A DNA stretch of 64,000 bases from Macrostomum lignano (taxonomy: Eukaryota). Each line of letters opens with the position of its first letter. The stretch's first letter is position 1. Where the stretch lies: positions 1 through 64,000 of the forward strand of contig NIVC01002507.1 of the NCBI GenBank assembly GCA_002269645.1, written 5' to 3'. Below are positions 1-13,544 of this stretch, in pieces. Below the pieces are notes generated by a model. That model was not told the origin of the DNA, did no database searches, and saw only the letters and a list, made by a program, of their open reading frames with translations. Made by a program: the position numbers and the translations under genes.

Positions 1-1056
1 ATTAAAAATGCATTTTTATAAGAATTTTCGTGTTGTAAATTCGTTTTGTAAGAAGTGTGACCGCCTTGTAAGGGTAAGGGTTTAATTGTAAAGGGGTGAC
101 CACCTAACTACTGCCCCCCCCCCCCCAACCAGAGATACTGCGCTACCACTGCTTAAGCTTTCAATGTTCTAAAATTTCAACCCTGTAAAGTTTCGACCTA
201 TAGTGAGATAATTTACTTTTCGACGTTGTGAAATTTCGACGTTGTGAAATTTCGACCTTGTGAAAGCACCCCCCCTTACAGTGCACGTCTGGCACAAACG
301 CCCGCGTAAACAGCCTAGGCTCGTTCTCTTGAGGTTTTCTTTCGTGCAACAGAACAATATAACAGTATGCATGTATAATTACGAGTATATAAAAAATCTA
401 TTTTGAAACGTCATCTGATTTCCAAATGTGTTTGTTCGATTATATTGCATGTATCATCGAAGATGCTGCCGCAACGCAATAATGGTTTGCTGACATCGGT
501 CTGACGCTCGTAGTTCGTCACATTGCTGTACGACGAACTCCATCGATTGTTTTTAAATTAAAAAACAAAAAAAAATTTTTTACGATAACGAGTAAATTTA
601 AAAAAATAAAACCAACTTATAAATGTATTTATTGCGCAAAAACCTAGCTCATATAAGTTTTCTAAGTTAAGCGCAGATACCGCTACCAGGTTTTCCACGA
701 AAATTCCAAACAGGGATTTTAATATATTTATTTGACTTAAAATGAAATGTACGAGTAGCAGCTAGCAAGTAATCATGGTTCACTCGACCATAATTATACT
801 TGAATGCTTGCTATACTCTAATGACCCGAGTAGTTACATGAATGAGCATGATATATCATATATTACAGTGAAAATCCATCCGCGCATCCATCGAATTCAG
901 CAATACGATATATGTACGAGCATGTACTGTATATAGCCCAATATGCAAGGCCTCGCGAACAAAAAACTGTTAGTTTAATTACGTAAAATATAAAATCTAG
1001 GAGCTTAGAAAAACTTTTGACATTCTTTACTCATACTGTAGCTATCTTATCTAGCT

Positions 1057-1236
1057 CAGTTGCGGATCCAGAAATTTTTGTACGGGGGGCGCAGACTACT
1101 AAGGTGCATGTTTGTGCATATCATTTACACGTATATGTAGCTACCTGAAAATGTGTACTTTTCATATAAAAAAATAAAAAATCAAACTCGACGGGAGGGC
1201 CGCGCGCCCTGTAAATCCCCTCTAAATCCGCTACTG
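1057..1236. mobile_element. MITE-like element with imperfect 15-bp terminal inverted repeats
   Basis: Left end CAGTTGCGGATCCAG; the reverse complement of the right end (CTAAATCCGCTACTG) is CAGTAGCGGATTTAG. No clean TSD seen. Confidence 0.45.
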
Positions 1237-1239
1237 ATT

Positions 1240-2750
1240 CTAACTTAACAAAAAAGGACTCTTTAACATGGCCATCAAATTATGCTCAAATTTCTTGAAA
1301 ACTATGGTAACCAAATGTGCTCACTCACTGTCCATGTGGACACATACTCACCAAGAGATGTTGGCCAATTTACAACTTCTTGTAGACTTTATGAGAAATC
1401 TTATGAAGGGAGCACCGCGGAAAAGCCATGATTTTACAGGCGAAGCTGAGGTAACTCTGTGGCAGATCCAAGTAAAACCCAAGTAAAACCCACGGCTTTT
1501 CCGCGGCAAATTTTCTCTTAAGCAGTTGGAGTTTGCCCTTTTTTCAAGTACAACTAAAAGGCAATTCCATGGCTCTTCCATGGAAATTCAGTGAGTAGAA
1601 TTGTTTAAATAGGGTTGGAGTATGGGTGTATGCGTGCGTTGTTGCCGCCCTTTACATCACCATTGTACGTAGCATGCGAGGAAAGAGAAGCAGAGGACGC
1701 ACGCTTGATCTGTACTGTGCATGCGCTTCCAGACCAAACATGCACTGTTCTCTGTACGCCGCCCAACGCTGTACAAAAAAGGAACTTCAGTTTTTCTGTG
1801 AACTTTAGAGTTCTTTATTTATTGTTCAAAGCCCAAAGGCAAAGCAGTCAATTGCAGAGAATGATTACAAGCATGTGACATGCATAGGGTCCGGCGGATG
1901 TCACTGTCGTCGAAGTTAAGAGACTAAAATTGTCTTTATGGACTCTGTCCGGATTTACAACGGTTTTCAGAATGTATTTATGAATTATTTTTTAGTTCAG
2001 TTCAACAAATGCGATCAGTGCGAGCTAAAAGTACTAAGGTGCAGAAACAGCATGAATATAAGTTTCGTCGCTCTCATTTGGTCTTTTTGGTGGAAAACTT
2101 TAGCTAGAACTTTAGGGTAGGTTTTACATTTTCTCGATTCTACATTCCCCAGATTTCATATCTCCCAGATTTCACATTCCCCCAGATTTTACATTCCCTC
2201 AGATTTCACATTCCCCAGGTTTTGCTTTCCTCCATGTTTCACGTTCCTAAGATTTCACATTCCCCAGATTTTACATTTCCCAGATTTCACAATTCCAAAT
2301 TATAAATTCCCAGATTTCCTCGGCGTCGCAAGGAAAACAGCAAGATACGCTGACAGTCCTTTGACATTAGCGGCACAAGTCGCAAAGGAAGGCCACGTCG
2401 CCGACCGAATTCAGGGCGCCAGCGTCAGCCAGCAGGCTGGAGACAAGGCGCAAACCCGCGATGCGTGGCCTGCCTGCTTGTGCGAGCTGGACGCCGCCCT
2501 CACCCAGAAGCTATTTTTAGCAACACATCTGTAGAGAGCCATCTGCATGTGCAAGTACAAGGGGATTCTCTGTTCTGTGCTGAACGCTCCTTTATTTCTA
2601 AAAGTCATTACTCTCATTTACAAGTTTTATTTTTCTCGTATCTTCTGCTTGCATGGCAGAAAGACTTTCAAACACACTGGCCTGTAAAGGCCCTATTATG
2701 AGTGCGAGGCTCACATCTCAGAATTTGCAGTACCGAATATTTTTAAGGCA
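1240..2750. repeat. Non-coding spacer block of the tandem unit
   Basis: The same ordered motifs recur at ~8760-10560, ~18000-18790, ~23940-24600, ~31060-31500 plus 37177-38640, ~44060-45940 and ~47790-49170. Motifs include ccatcaaattatgctcaaatttctt, an inverted pair ccgcggaaaagcc/ggcttttccgcgg, aggcaattccatgg, and a cacattccccagat low-complexity tract. Confidence 0.9.
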
Positions 2751-4957
2751 GTGTATTTGATCTAGTCAACAAGAACGCATAGGTTCATGTACGAGTACAT
2801 GTATAATGCAAAAAATGTATAGTTTTAGCGGGGTAGGTTTAGCGCTCACGCAGTTTCTCTCTGTGCCGTCGTTAGGAAACGGTCAACCCCCAAACCCAAC
2901 GCATTTTCCTGCAAGTTTTCTGAATCACACGTTCGCAGGCTGCTGGGTGGCTTGCGGAAACCTAAGCGCTTCTCCAGTGCTCGCTTTTCCAGTGCTTACA
3001 ATTATTAAAAATTAACAAACCTGAAAATGATATCGCAAACAAGGTTTGAAACGAGGTACTTAGTTAATTTTCTCTTACTAATCTGAGGGTTAAATGATCA
3101 GGCCGTGGCTAGGGAGGGGGCCAAGGGGACCCGGCCCTCCAAAAAGGCTGTAAAAAATAATGGCCGATTTCCCGTTGACTTGGCGCCCCTTCAAAGCAGG
3201 TTTGACGCCTCTGATCTCAATTCTAGCAGTTCTCCAACAGCCACTTTGGCTACTTTGGCCTCATCAGCAGCCCCTTGGCGCCACTTGGTGCTGGCGCGTC
3301 TCCATGGCGCTGGCGCCTCTTGCTATGGCGCCACTTGCCAAGACGCAGCCCCCAATAAAAGCCTCAGCTGCAAACCCTGTTATGATAAACTCCATACCAG
3401 GTGTGGTAATTCTAAGATTGAACGATAAAATATTGCTAATTTTGCTAATATTGCTAATCGCACGTCGGATTTTGACTCGCACTGGGTAGAGAGACAACTT
3501 CAAGACACTTGTACAAAGAATTGAAGCGTGAACAAGAACTAGCTCGTACAGCTATATTTAATACTCTATCGTCTAAATGTTAAAAAGGTTAAAATGGTAA
3601 AACGTTACCGCTCGTTGTGGGACGATGTCGTCAAAAGCGTTGCGCCGGTAGGCTACTCGTACCTTAGAAGAATGCAATTAGCACTAAACAATAGTTAGAC
3701 AATTCCGAATTAAGAAAATGAATTTAGTAACCACTGTCTTCATTTGAGATGCTTCAAGAACTGTGCCACAACTAAAGTAGACCAGGTTTTTCTTAAATAT
3801 GACGGAGCTTATATTCATGCAAAAAAGCAGTTCGTTTTCACCATCAGCTTTTTCAATCTTATAGCTGGATGTAAAATGAGACATGAAATCTGGCTGGCTT
3901 CGGGAACGCAACTATTTCTCTTTGATTACCTTAATCCTCGGTCACTTAAAATATACATGTAGTTTTCCTATTGCATACTTTCTAGATTATTAACGTTCAA
4001 CTCTCTGATTACCTTAGCCATGCATGATCACGTAGCCATTTGATTGCTTAATTCCAGAATTACTTCATTTTTTGCAGGTGTTTTCAGGATGCCTGTACAC
4101 TCGTGTAAAGCAGTCTACCACTATTCCACACTTATTTCACGGTAGTGCAAGGATAGTGACGGGTAGATAAGATAACCCACGTGACAAAACACTCACTCCG
4201 GGATGAAATTTGCACATAGGATGAAAGCACAAGTGAGAGCAACTGTGGAATAATGGACTAAAGTAATTGCTACTGGGCCTGGAAGACAGTATGAAATTCT
4301 GATCGGGCAACACTGTGCCCCGCAGAAGCTCAGGCAGCCGTCTCTATGTACCAACGACGTAAATGAAAGTAACAAAGCAGTAAATGAATTGTAAATAACT
4401 AAAATGTACAGAAAGTTTATATATGAAATAGACATTACAATTCCGATATTTGCAGTGATTTCCGTATATATGCTACAGAAGCAGCATATTTATGCAGTAA
4501 TTGTACCAACAACAATGATCCACCCACTAAGCAACTATATTTTATTCACATTTTACTGTATGTTGTAAATGAAGTTTTCTATCTAACCACACGTGATTTG
4601 TACAGGTGAAACTTTTTCTGTTCTTGATTATACTCGCGTATTTAGCAGCATTTCTCTCTCTATATTCGGATTCAAATGAGAGATTTAAGGCAGCGAACTC
4701 GCATTCTTAATAAAGCCGTTTAAGAGGCAATTATAAATATTGTACTTATAGTTTATATATCAGGTAGTTAACAACAGCAGCAAAAATCCAAGGTACAGTG
4801 TCTGTTGGATCTTCCGATGAGGAATTGAAACTGAATTTCGAGCTATCAGACTCCGGAATCATGGATAATTTAGTCTCTGTTGCTAGCTCTGTTATTGGCT
4901 GTTCAGACTGAGATGATTAGAGAGACAAAATGTGAGTTCGAAGGCTTTCAAGCTGTT

Positions 4958-7900
4958 TTATGTGTGCGCTGTAGCCTTGGTCAGGTTGCCAGGGATGGGT
5001 GCTGCAGGGTGTTGCGTCACCCCATCCACATTAGGCCATTCAGCTGTGACGTCTAAGGCGCAGTCCCCATTGCGAACGAGAGGTTTTTCAGAGTCGGATT
5101 GGCAAACCGCCTCAAACCTTCCTTCATTTTCAACCGGGCTTGGGACCGGATTTGGCGAAATTGCTGCTGTATATTGAAGGCTGTGCCGTCGTCTCCTATA
5201 AATTAGCGTTAAAGTAGAGAGAACTGCCAATATAATCGCACCAGAAACCACAAGTAGAACCAAAATCAGCCTCATCCTTTTAGGATTGGGACTTGTCTGT
5301 TCTTCCGCAGCCGACTGGGCAGCCGCATGCATCCAGCTGAGCACAGGTTGGCTCGAGTCTCCGCATCTGTTTCCGGCCGCATCCGGGAAGCTGATCAGAG
5401 CCGAAAGCTGCTCACTGCAATCCGTGAAGCTCACCAGCCCGAGTACGTCACCATCAATGGTAAGATTGACAGCTCTGAGTGAACCACAGGAGACTGAGGA
5501 GTTCGTACTCTGGACGGTATGGTTTCTGGAATCCAAATGTCAAGAGTTGTGAAATTTGATTTAATAAGCCAGCCTATTGTTCTGACAGCAGATAAACTGC
5601 TATTCTCAAGTTCAAGAAACTCACAGCTTATCAGCATCCTCGAACTCAGCTATTTTGCAGTCTTCTGCCCCGCAGTTCAGGTAGAAGACCTTCTTGGTCC
5701 TGTGCTCATAGAACAGTCCGATGCGAAGCCTCTGTGCGAGATTCAGCGGCTCCTTGCTGCGGGTGCTCAGGCCGGAGCCGACGCGAGTTCGCTGGCCTGA
5801 AGCCGGTGTTCAAGGAGAGTGAAATTGTGCAAGAGTTAAGCTGTGCTGCCTAAAGCTAAAACTGATGTGCATTTATTGCTTAACAATGATATTGTTCATG
5901 TTAGTCCTCACTACTGCGAGTAAGATTAGCTCATGAGAGTAGCCATGCGATATTTTATGGCAGATCCTGCCTCTACTGTGTTTAATTTTCACTAGTCTAA
6001 AAAGCCACCGGTTCACTCCAGCTTACTCTCTGTAACGAAGTTCTTCAGAGTCGTGGAGCTGTTGAAGCTGGCGAGCCTCATGACTCCGCTGTCAGCGCTC
6101 ATCGCAGCCGCCAGCTCAGCAGTCAGGTTCCGACGAACCGATCCTTTGGTGTAGCAGTTGCTCTCAAAATTAGTCATGCTTCTGCAGCAGAATCCCGGCT
6201 CCATCAGCCGAATATGTAGACCCGGAATATTCACTGAGCTTCTCCGATTCAGCCGGAATGAGACAGTCAGGTAGCTCCTACAGTTTGATGTAATGTATTG
6301 TGATTGAATTTTAAGTAAGAAATTGATTTAATAAAATTGTGTCCAGCATCGGGGCAGCTCTATCGTACCCTTTCGTCAGTTGCAGCACGCGAAGCATCTC
6401 CAGCTCCACGGGCTTTGGCTCGCTTGTTGAAGGCGACGAGCAAGTCGCTGGAAATGCATTGGGGTTCGCATTGCCAGGGTAAGAATCGAAGTGTTTGACT
6501 GGTTTTATCGAGTTCCAGCTGGCAGTCAGCAGCGTGGGTAAAAACCCACTGACTGCTTGTTCACAGATGCCATTCGACAACTGCTTACTTTAATAATAAT
6601 AATATAATAATTGATTACACCTGCCCAATGGGCAGATGTGCAACCGACAGCTCAGCCGCAGCTATTGCGCGGCGCGTCTGAAGTCTGCGTACGGCTGTTC
6701 AGTCCAAAGACTGCGGGGTCGACACACACCCTCACTTATCCCAGCTAATGCTGGCACCCATTTTACAGCTGGGTGAACTGAAGCAATGCAGAGTAAAGTG
6801 TCTTGCTCAAGGACACAAATTGTTCCAGTGGGATCGGGAATCGAAACTGCGACCTTCACGTTGTGCGTCCGACGCTCTAACCACTAGGCTACAACCCCTA
6901 GACCATTACAACTGCCTTGAGTCAGCTATACTAGGCATTTATGCAAAGGCGTGAAGTTTGATTTCATAATCACTATTTATCAACTCTCTTCGTTGGCGAC
7001 CAGACGGCTAAAATTGATGCTCTAAAGGCCTGCTGTCTTCTTCAACAATTAACATTATTGCACAGCTTATAGAATATTCTCTAATTGTGATCAAAGCGCT
7101 GCTTACCGTCCGAAGCCTTCGAGTGCAGTTCGTATCGCATCGGTTGTTGCTGTGCAGCTGAATCCACAGATTTTGTCCGCCTCCACTCGTTTACGCAAGC
7201 CTCCGTGTCAAAGCCAGTCAGAACCACAACGGAATTGTCAAGGTGGTCAGTCAGAATCTTCCATTTGCAGTTGAGCCCTTCTCAGGCACAGGGTCCGCGT
7301 CAGCTTTGGGAATGATTCGATCTTCAATGAACTCGAGTTTTTTGCTGAGCTGGAACTCATTGGTGTTGCCACGCGGATAGCAGTACTGGTTGCCTGCCAG
7401 AGCTCTAAAGAAAAAAGGGCGGGAAAGTAGATTTATTGTAAATGGACACTCAAAAGTTACTGGAAGGCCCACTTAAGATTTGGTCTACTAAAAACGTTAT
7501 TTTCTGAGCTATTATTGGCAAAATGTGTTGTTGATTATATGATTAATTGGCTTTTCGGTCGGTACTTCAGTTATTTCTCCCATACCGACCTGTAAAAAGA
7601 AAACGTTTTATATTTTAATAATGTATAGAATGTATAGTAATATATTATTATCATTAGCTATGCTCTATACGCATGTACGTGTAGAAATGCCATCCATCGA
7701 TTTTGGGGCAACATTCTAGCGGAATTCAATACGATAAAATGGGTGAGTATCTACTTACCATCCTACTGATAAGTAGAAAGACAAGAAAATATCGCGTGTA
7801 GAACAAGTTCTGTTTATCCAGCTACAGCACTATGATATAATCCAATTAACTTTCGTACATTAATGTACATTGACAGCGCAAGCCTCGCAAGGACAGGTCC

Positions 7901-8134
7901 CCAAAGAACAATCCCACAGCGGGCAGCCCCACAAAGGACAGCCCCAATTAGTATGGCGCCCCCAGAGTAGCATCCCAAAACATTCTGCCTACCTTTAAGC
8001 AAATGTTAATCCGCAAAAAAATCCCAGTTGGTTTAATGAATGAAGCGTCGCATCACTCACATTTGAAATGTGGCAGACAGCAGCAGAAGAGTCGCCAGGC
8101 TTCTGCCCATCACTATCTGCAGATTCAGTCGCAT
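4958..8134 (-). pseudogene. Receptor-like type-I membrane protein gene, copy A (frameshifted)
   Basis: GT-AG exons with consistent phases: E1 8134-8061 (MRLNLQIVMGRSLATLLLLSATFQ, signal peptide), E2 7404-7107, E3 6552-6369, E4 6277-6027, E5 5796-5625, E6 5525-4958 (TM RLILVLLVVSGAIILAVLSTLTLIY then RRRRH). E2 is 298 nt versus 299 in full-length paralogs: a 1-bp deletion at ~7281 (cccttctcagg vs cccttcctcagg). Confidence 0.85.
6590..6898 (-). mobile_element. tRNA-derived SINE in intron 2 of copy A
   Basis: Minus strand begins GGGGTTGTAGCCTAGTGGTTAGAGCG (A box) ... GTTTCGATTCCC (B box). Central GTGTCCTTGAGCAAGACACTT motif typical of conserved-domain SINEs; (TTA)n tail at ~6591-6610. Confidence 0.85.
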
Positions 8135-10823
8135 GTCGGACGCTTCCGGCACCTAAAAATCCCGATGTGAGGTGGACGCTGCATGCAGGAGATTCTGTGT
8201 CCGCTCAGCATTTATAGGTAAAGACGTGAAACTGCCGAACAAGCTGGATATTCGTAGATGCCATCAAAACTTCTTGTACACGTACGAGCGTACTTCTAAT
8301 CACTTCTAATCGCTTAGCAATCCGATTTCTGTTTTAGTACCCGGATGTAGTGACAGTTAACTTGGCTTTTTGTTAACCCAACCCTGAGACCAAGGAATTT
8401 CACATGCAATAAGCGTCTTGATTTGACTTTTTATTTGATTTTAAATATAATATTGCATCTGGTGAGACAGGCTCAGTCTTTGCTCTGACTTACATGAGCA
8501 AAATTACATTCTAGTGACTCTAATGAACCCCTGTAGCTATGATACTACATGCAAAGAAAGTAATCAGGTACGTTGAATTCAAAAATAATTTTGCAACAGA
8601 AGTACAATACACACAGCCCCTAAGGACTCGAGAACGGGAATGCCTGTTAATCGAACGATGGTAGAAAATTCTGCGGTAACAAAAAATATTTTGTTTAACA
8701 TTCTTAACCATTTTTGCTTCCTTCTATCTGATCTTTCCTTAAACAAATCTCATTTGACAAAAAAGGACTCTTAACATTGCCATCAAATTATGCTCAAATT
8801 TCTTAAAAATTATGGCAACTAAGTGTGCACGAAACTAAACTCACTGTCCATGTGGACTCACACTCACCAAGAGATGTTGGCCAACTCCAACTTCTTGCAG
8901 ACTTTATAAGAGAAAATTTAGGAGGGGAGCACCGTGGAAAACCCATGATTTTATAGGCCAAGCCGCGGTAACTCTCAGGAAGATCCAAGTGAAACCCACG
9001 GCTTATCCGCGGTGAATTTTCTCTAAAGCAGCGAGTTTTCCCTCCTTTCAAGTACAACTAAAAGGCAATTCCATGTCTCTCCCATGGATAGTCAGTAGAA
9101 TTGTTAAAGTAGAGGGTTGAATTATAGGAGTGCAGGTGTATGCGTGCGCACAGTTGCCGCCCTGTACCATACTATTGTACGTAGCATGCGAGGAAAGAGA
9201 AGCAGAGGACGCACGCTCGATCTGTATCGTGCATGCGCTTTCAGACCAAGCGTGCACTGTTCATTATATGCCGCATAATGTCAGTGCTGTGCAAAAAAGG
9301 GGACTTTAGTTTACCGAGAACTTGGAGTTCTTTATTTTTTGTTCTTTCTAAAGGTGGTGAAATAAAAAAATTACATGCATACAGATCCCACAAATAGTTC
9401 GTAAATAATAATAGCCTGCCGTTCAGCTCAAAGCAGTCAACTGCAGGGAATAAAATAAAAATTACAAGCAAGTGACATTGGGTCTGGCGGATGTCCTTAT
9501 TGTCGAAGTTAAGAGACTAAAATTTTCTTTATGGGTTCTATCGGGATTCACAAGGTTTTTCAAAATGTATTTATGATTTCTTCTTTTAGTTTATTTCAAC
9601 AACGAGCAGTGCGAGCTAAAAGTACTGTGGTGCAGAAACAGCTTGAGTATTAGTTTCATAGCTCTCATTTAGTCTTTTTTGGTGGAAAACTTTAGCTAGA
9701 ACTTTAGGATATGTTCCACATTATCTCGATTCTGCATTCCCCAGATTTTAGCTCGTACATTCCCCCAGATTTTACGTTCCCGCAGCTTTCACATTCCTAA
9801 GATTTGCATCTCCCAGATTTCACATTCCTTAAATTTTACATTCCTCCAATTCTACATTTCTTAGATTTCACTTTCTCCAACTTTTACATTCCACGAATTT
9901 TGCACCCCCAGCTTTCACATTTCGCAGATTTTGCTTTTCTCCATGTTTCACATTCCCAGATTTTGCATTCCTCCATATTTTACATTCCTAAGATTTCAAA
10001 TTCCTAAGATTTCAAATTCCTATGATTTCAAATTCCTAAGATTTCAAATTCCTAAGATTTTACATTCCACAGATCTTACATTCCCCAAATTATACATTCC
10101 CAGATTTCCCGGCGTCGCAAGGAAACAACAAGATACGCTGTCAGAGTCCTTTGACGGTAGCAGCACAAGTCGCAAAGAAAAGCCACGTCGCCGATTGAAT
10201 CCGGGGCGCCGGCGTCAGACAGCAGGCTGGAGACAAGGCGCGAACCCGCGATACGTGCATGGGACAGCTTGATTTTGCCAGCCGCTCTCACCCCATGTAC
10301 GCAAGGCGAACCCCAGAGCTATTTTTAGCAACACATCTGTATAGTGCCATTTGAATGTGAAAGTGCAAGAGGATTCTCTGGTCTGTGTTGAACGCTCTTT
10401 AATTTTTAAACGTTTGCGTTATTAACAAGTTTTTTCTGTTATCTTCTGCTTGCATGGCAGAAAGACTTTCAAACACTCTGGCCTGTAAAGGCTCTATTAT
10501 GAGTGAGGCCCAAATCTCAGAATTCGCAGCACAGAATATTCAAAGCAGGGTATTTGATAGTCAACAGGAACGCATAGGCACAATGCAAAAATGCATAGTT
10601 TGAGTGTAGCGTTACAGCTCAACGAAGTTTCTCTCTGTGCCCTGCCCTCAACGCATTTTGTTGGGAGTCTTCTGTGTCACGCGTTCGCAGGCTGCTGGCT
10701 GCTGCAGCCTCTAATCTCGGAAACAGTTATTAAAAAAATAAACAATGCTGAAAATGAAACGGAATGAAATGAAATTTCATTGCCATGTGCATGCTATATG
10801 CGCTAGTAAATTTATTACATTTT

Positions 10824-12799
10824 TGATGGGTTTCGACCTTTGGGCTCCTTGTTAGGGAAGCCTTCGGGCCTCAGGCTCAGAAATAAATCAATTAGAGCCC
10901 TGGCCCCCCACTCCTGTCAGATGGTCAGCCCCATGGTAGCTTGATCGTGTGGCGAGCAGTCTTGGTCCTATAGCTAAGAGAGGGACAGCGAGAGACAAGC
11001 AGGGAGAATTTTGAAGGTAGAAATTAGTTAATCCGCAGATTAGCTAACTCGCTGCCACCAGCCCGTACGTCCTGGCTCACCACACCGGGACTCTCGAAAT
11101 CGGGCTTCCGACTAGAAGGGGCTTTGCACTTACCTTGCAACTAGTGTCTTTTTGCTGTCAATCTCGAAGTCATAGCCGATGATAAGGGACACTGCTGGGA
11201 CTAGATCGCATTGGCCATGCAGGTACAGGGGGACTTGTGCAGGGGATTCTTGCAGTGGCGAGTCTATGGGGTAGCTACATGTACTATTACATTGCTAAAT
11301 ACGAAGATATGTACTTTTGGCCTTCAACGCGCCAACTAGCCTATCATAGCGCTGATGATAGGCTAACTCGAACTTCAGAGACCTCGCATGATTCATTTAC
11401 CCGAGCCGCTTGGCTACCCTAGAGTGCACAAAGTACATCTCTGGCGCCGATTCTGCACTTCTGGCAGTTTTGCTCACTGATTTGATAGATTGGTCGACTG
11501 AGAACCGCCTTGCCATTGGTCCACTGTGACCGGCGCCTACTAGCTTAGCTACTCATCTGAGCCATCGGCGAACAAAGAAATAAAGCCGATAAAAATAACT
11601 GTTAGATTTAACCTTCTCCTTAGATCACTTCACACCTCAGATTGAATTGGAGTTTTAGACTACTAGCAGTATTATTGAATGATTTCTGCCTCAGCAACAG
11701 CACTTATTGAACAAAATGAGCAAAAGTGTGCGCCTAATTCAGCTACTGAAAAAGGGGACAGATAAGGGATCACCCAATCAAGCAAGTCTAGGTAGCCTCT
11801 CACCCAACCAATCAGAAACTCAACAGCCGGAGACCAGGTAATCCACAGTGACCGAATCGGCTTGATGCTCTGCAGCTGTAGACTCGGGATGATGCTGTCA
11901 CAATCTTCGCTGTTAGCTAGCAGGTGATGCTCTTCACTTGATGTTCGCTGCTGATGACCGGGGGACTCGTCCTTGATGATGATGGGGGGGAAGTCGCAAT
12001 CCGGGGATCAAGAAACGACGGTCAGGCTCCGGGAGGTCTCAAGCTAGGCCAAGGTCCCAGGAGGTTGAGGTCCGAGCGGGCCAAAAACACCGGTTTAAAT
12101 AGCCGCCAACTGGACCGCAGTTTGTTATAATGGAACACGTTGATTCTGATTGGCTGAGCCGTTTTGTTAAAATGAGCGCCGAATTTTCTGATTGGCTAAG
12201 CTTGTTGCTACCCATAATCACGTGACCGAGAGATCCTATCAGTTCCCACAGGGTCGTAAAAAGATGACAGATGCGGCCATAAATCAATCAAAATCGCAAC
12301 AAAATGATTTATGACTTTTCGCGTAGGATTGACAGAAATTGATGAAAAAATATACATTAGCAAGCTCTTATTAAATAGAAAGTGAAGATAATGAAGAGAA
12401 ATTGCTAATCGCTAATCCCAAGGTACTTTTATGGGTAAAACGCATAGCTGTCAAAGCTGTCACACGCTTGAGTGAACACGAACAATAGGCTCTGACCTCA
12501 TAAATCTTGATGGCCTGTCAAAATGATGAGAAAAAAGCTACCGCCCGCATCCTCTCAGACCATCTGGCACCCGCCTAAACACTGAGTGAGGCGCAGGTGG
12601 CTGTCAGACCAGCTTCGAAAGCGATGATTTATGACCCAAAAAGCTGCGCCTATGTTATTATGACTACTAGTATGACCAAACATTATATCTAGTATAGATT
12701 CTATGACAATTAACAAAAAAGGATAAAATGCCCACTGCCCACTGTTAGTAGGCTGGTAAAGTTAGAGCCCATGTGCTAGCGCGGGATTTGGATTCATCA
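10824..12799. mobile_element. Probable ~2-kb solo LTR
   Basis: Insertion begins TGATG and ends CATCA, flanked by a 4-bp TTTT duplication. The empty site ca-tttt-cat is present in the paralogous unit at ~38905-38915. No ORF inside. Confidence 0.7.
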
Positions 12800-13544
12800 T
12801 TTTCATGACAAAACGTAAATTTCGCAAAAGGGTTACAGTTAAAATGGTTAGATTAGTAGGTACAATAATTTTGTTAAAATAATTTTGCAGGCTTTGAATT
12901 TACCTACTAATACTATTAATACCCAAAATTGTCCATGCGCTCGTTTTTTCACCACTGTTTAATTCAGCAACAAACCAAGCAGTCAATCCTTATTGCACAC
13001 ATCTTTCGCGTTAGTGCAGTGAAAACATCAGATGTGTGGAAGGATAGGGTAAAGTAGTAAATGAATTATAAACAAATGAAATATTTATAATATTTACAGC
13101 GATTACAGCATTTATAAAGCAGAAAAATTGTTGCATAATAGTGACAGCATAAGTGTACAGTGATCACTCGCATATAACAGCTAGCGAACTTCTCACTCAA
13201 TCCTCGTAGTTCATTCTTAGTAAAGCTGCTAACACTTATTTAACACCAGCAACAAAATCATAAAATATTGTCTGTTGAATCTTCAAACCAGTCATTTACC
13301 GGATGCATCCGATGAGGAAGTGAAACTGGATTTCGAGCAAACAGACTCCATAATTATTAATGATTTTGTCTCTTTTGCAAGCGCGGATATTGGCTGATCA
13401 AAGCGAGATGATTGGCGTGACTAAATGAGAGCTGGTAGGCTTTCAAGCTGTTTTATGTGCGTGCTGTAGCCTTTGTCAGGCTACCAGGGAAAGGTGATGG
13501 GTGTTGCGTAACTCCATCCACATTTTAGCATTCAGCTGCGACGT

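Noticed and set aside
6830-6898. tRNA genes (also 57551-57625)
   Set aside because: The A/B boxes are followed by SINE bodies and tails, and I found no complete cloverleaf with an acceptor stem.
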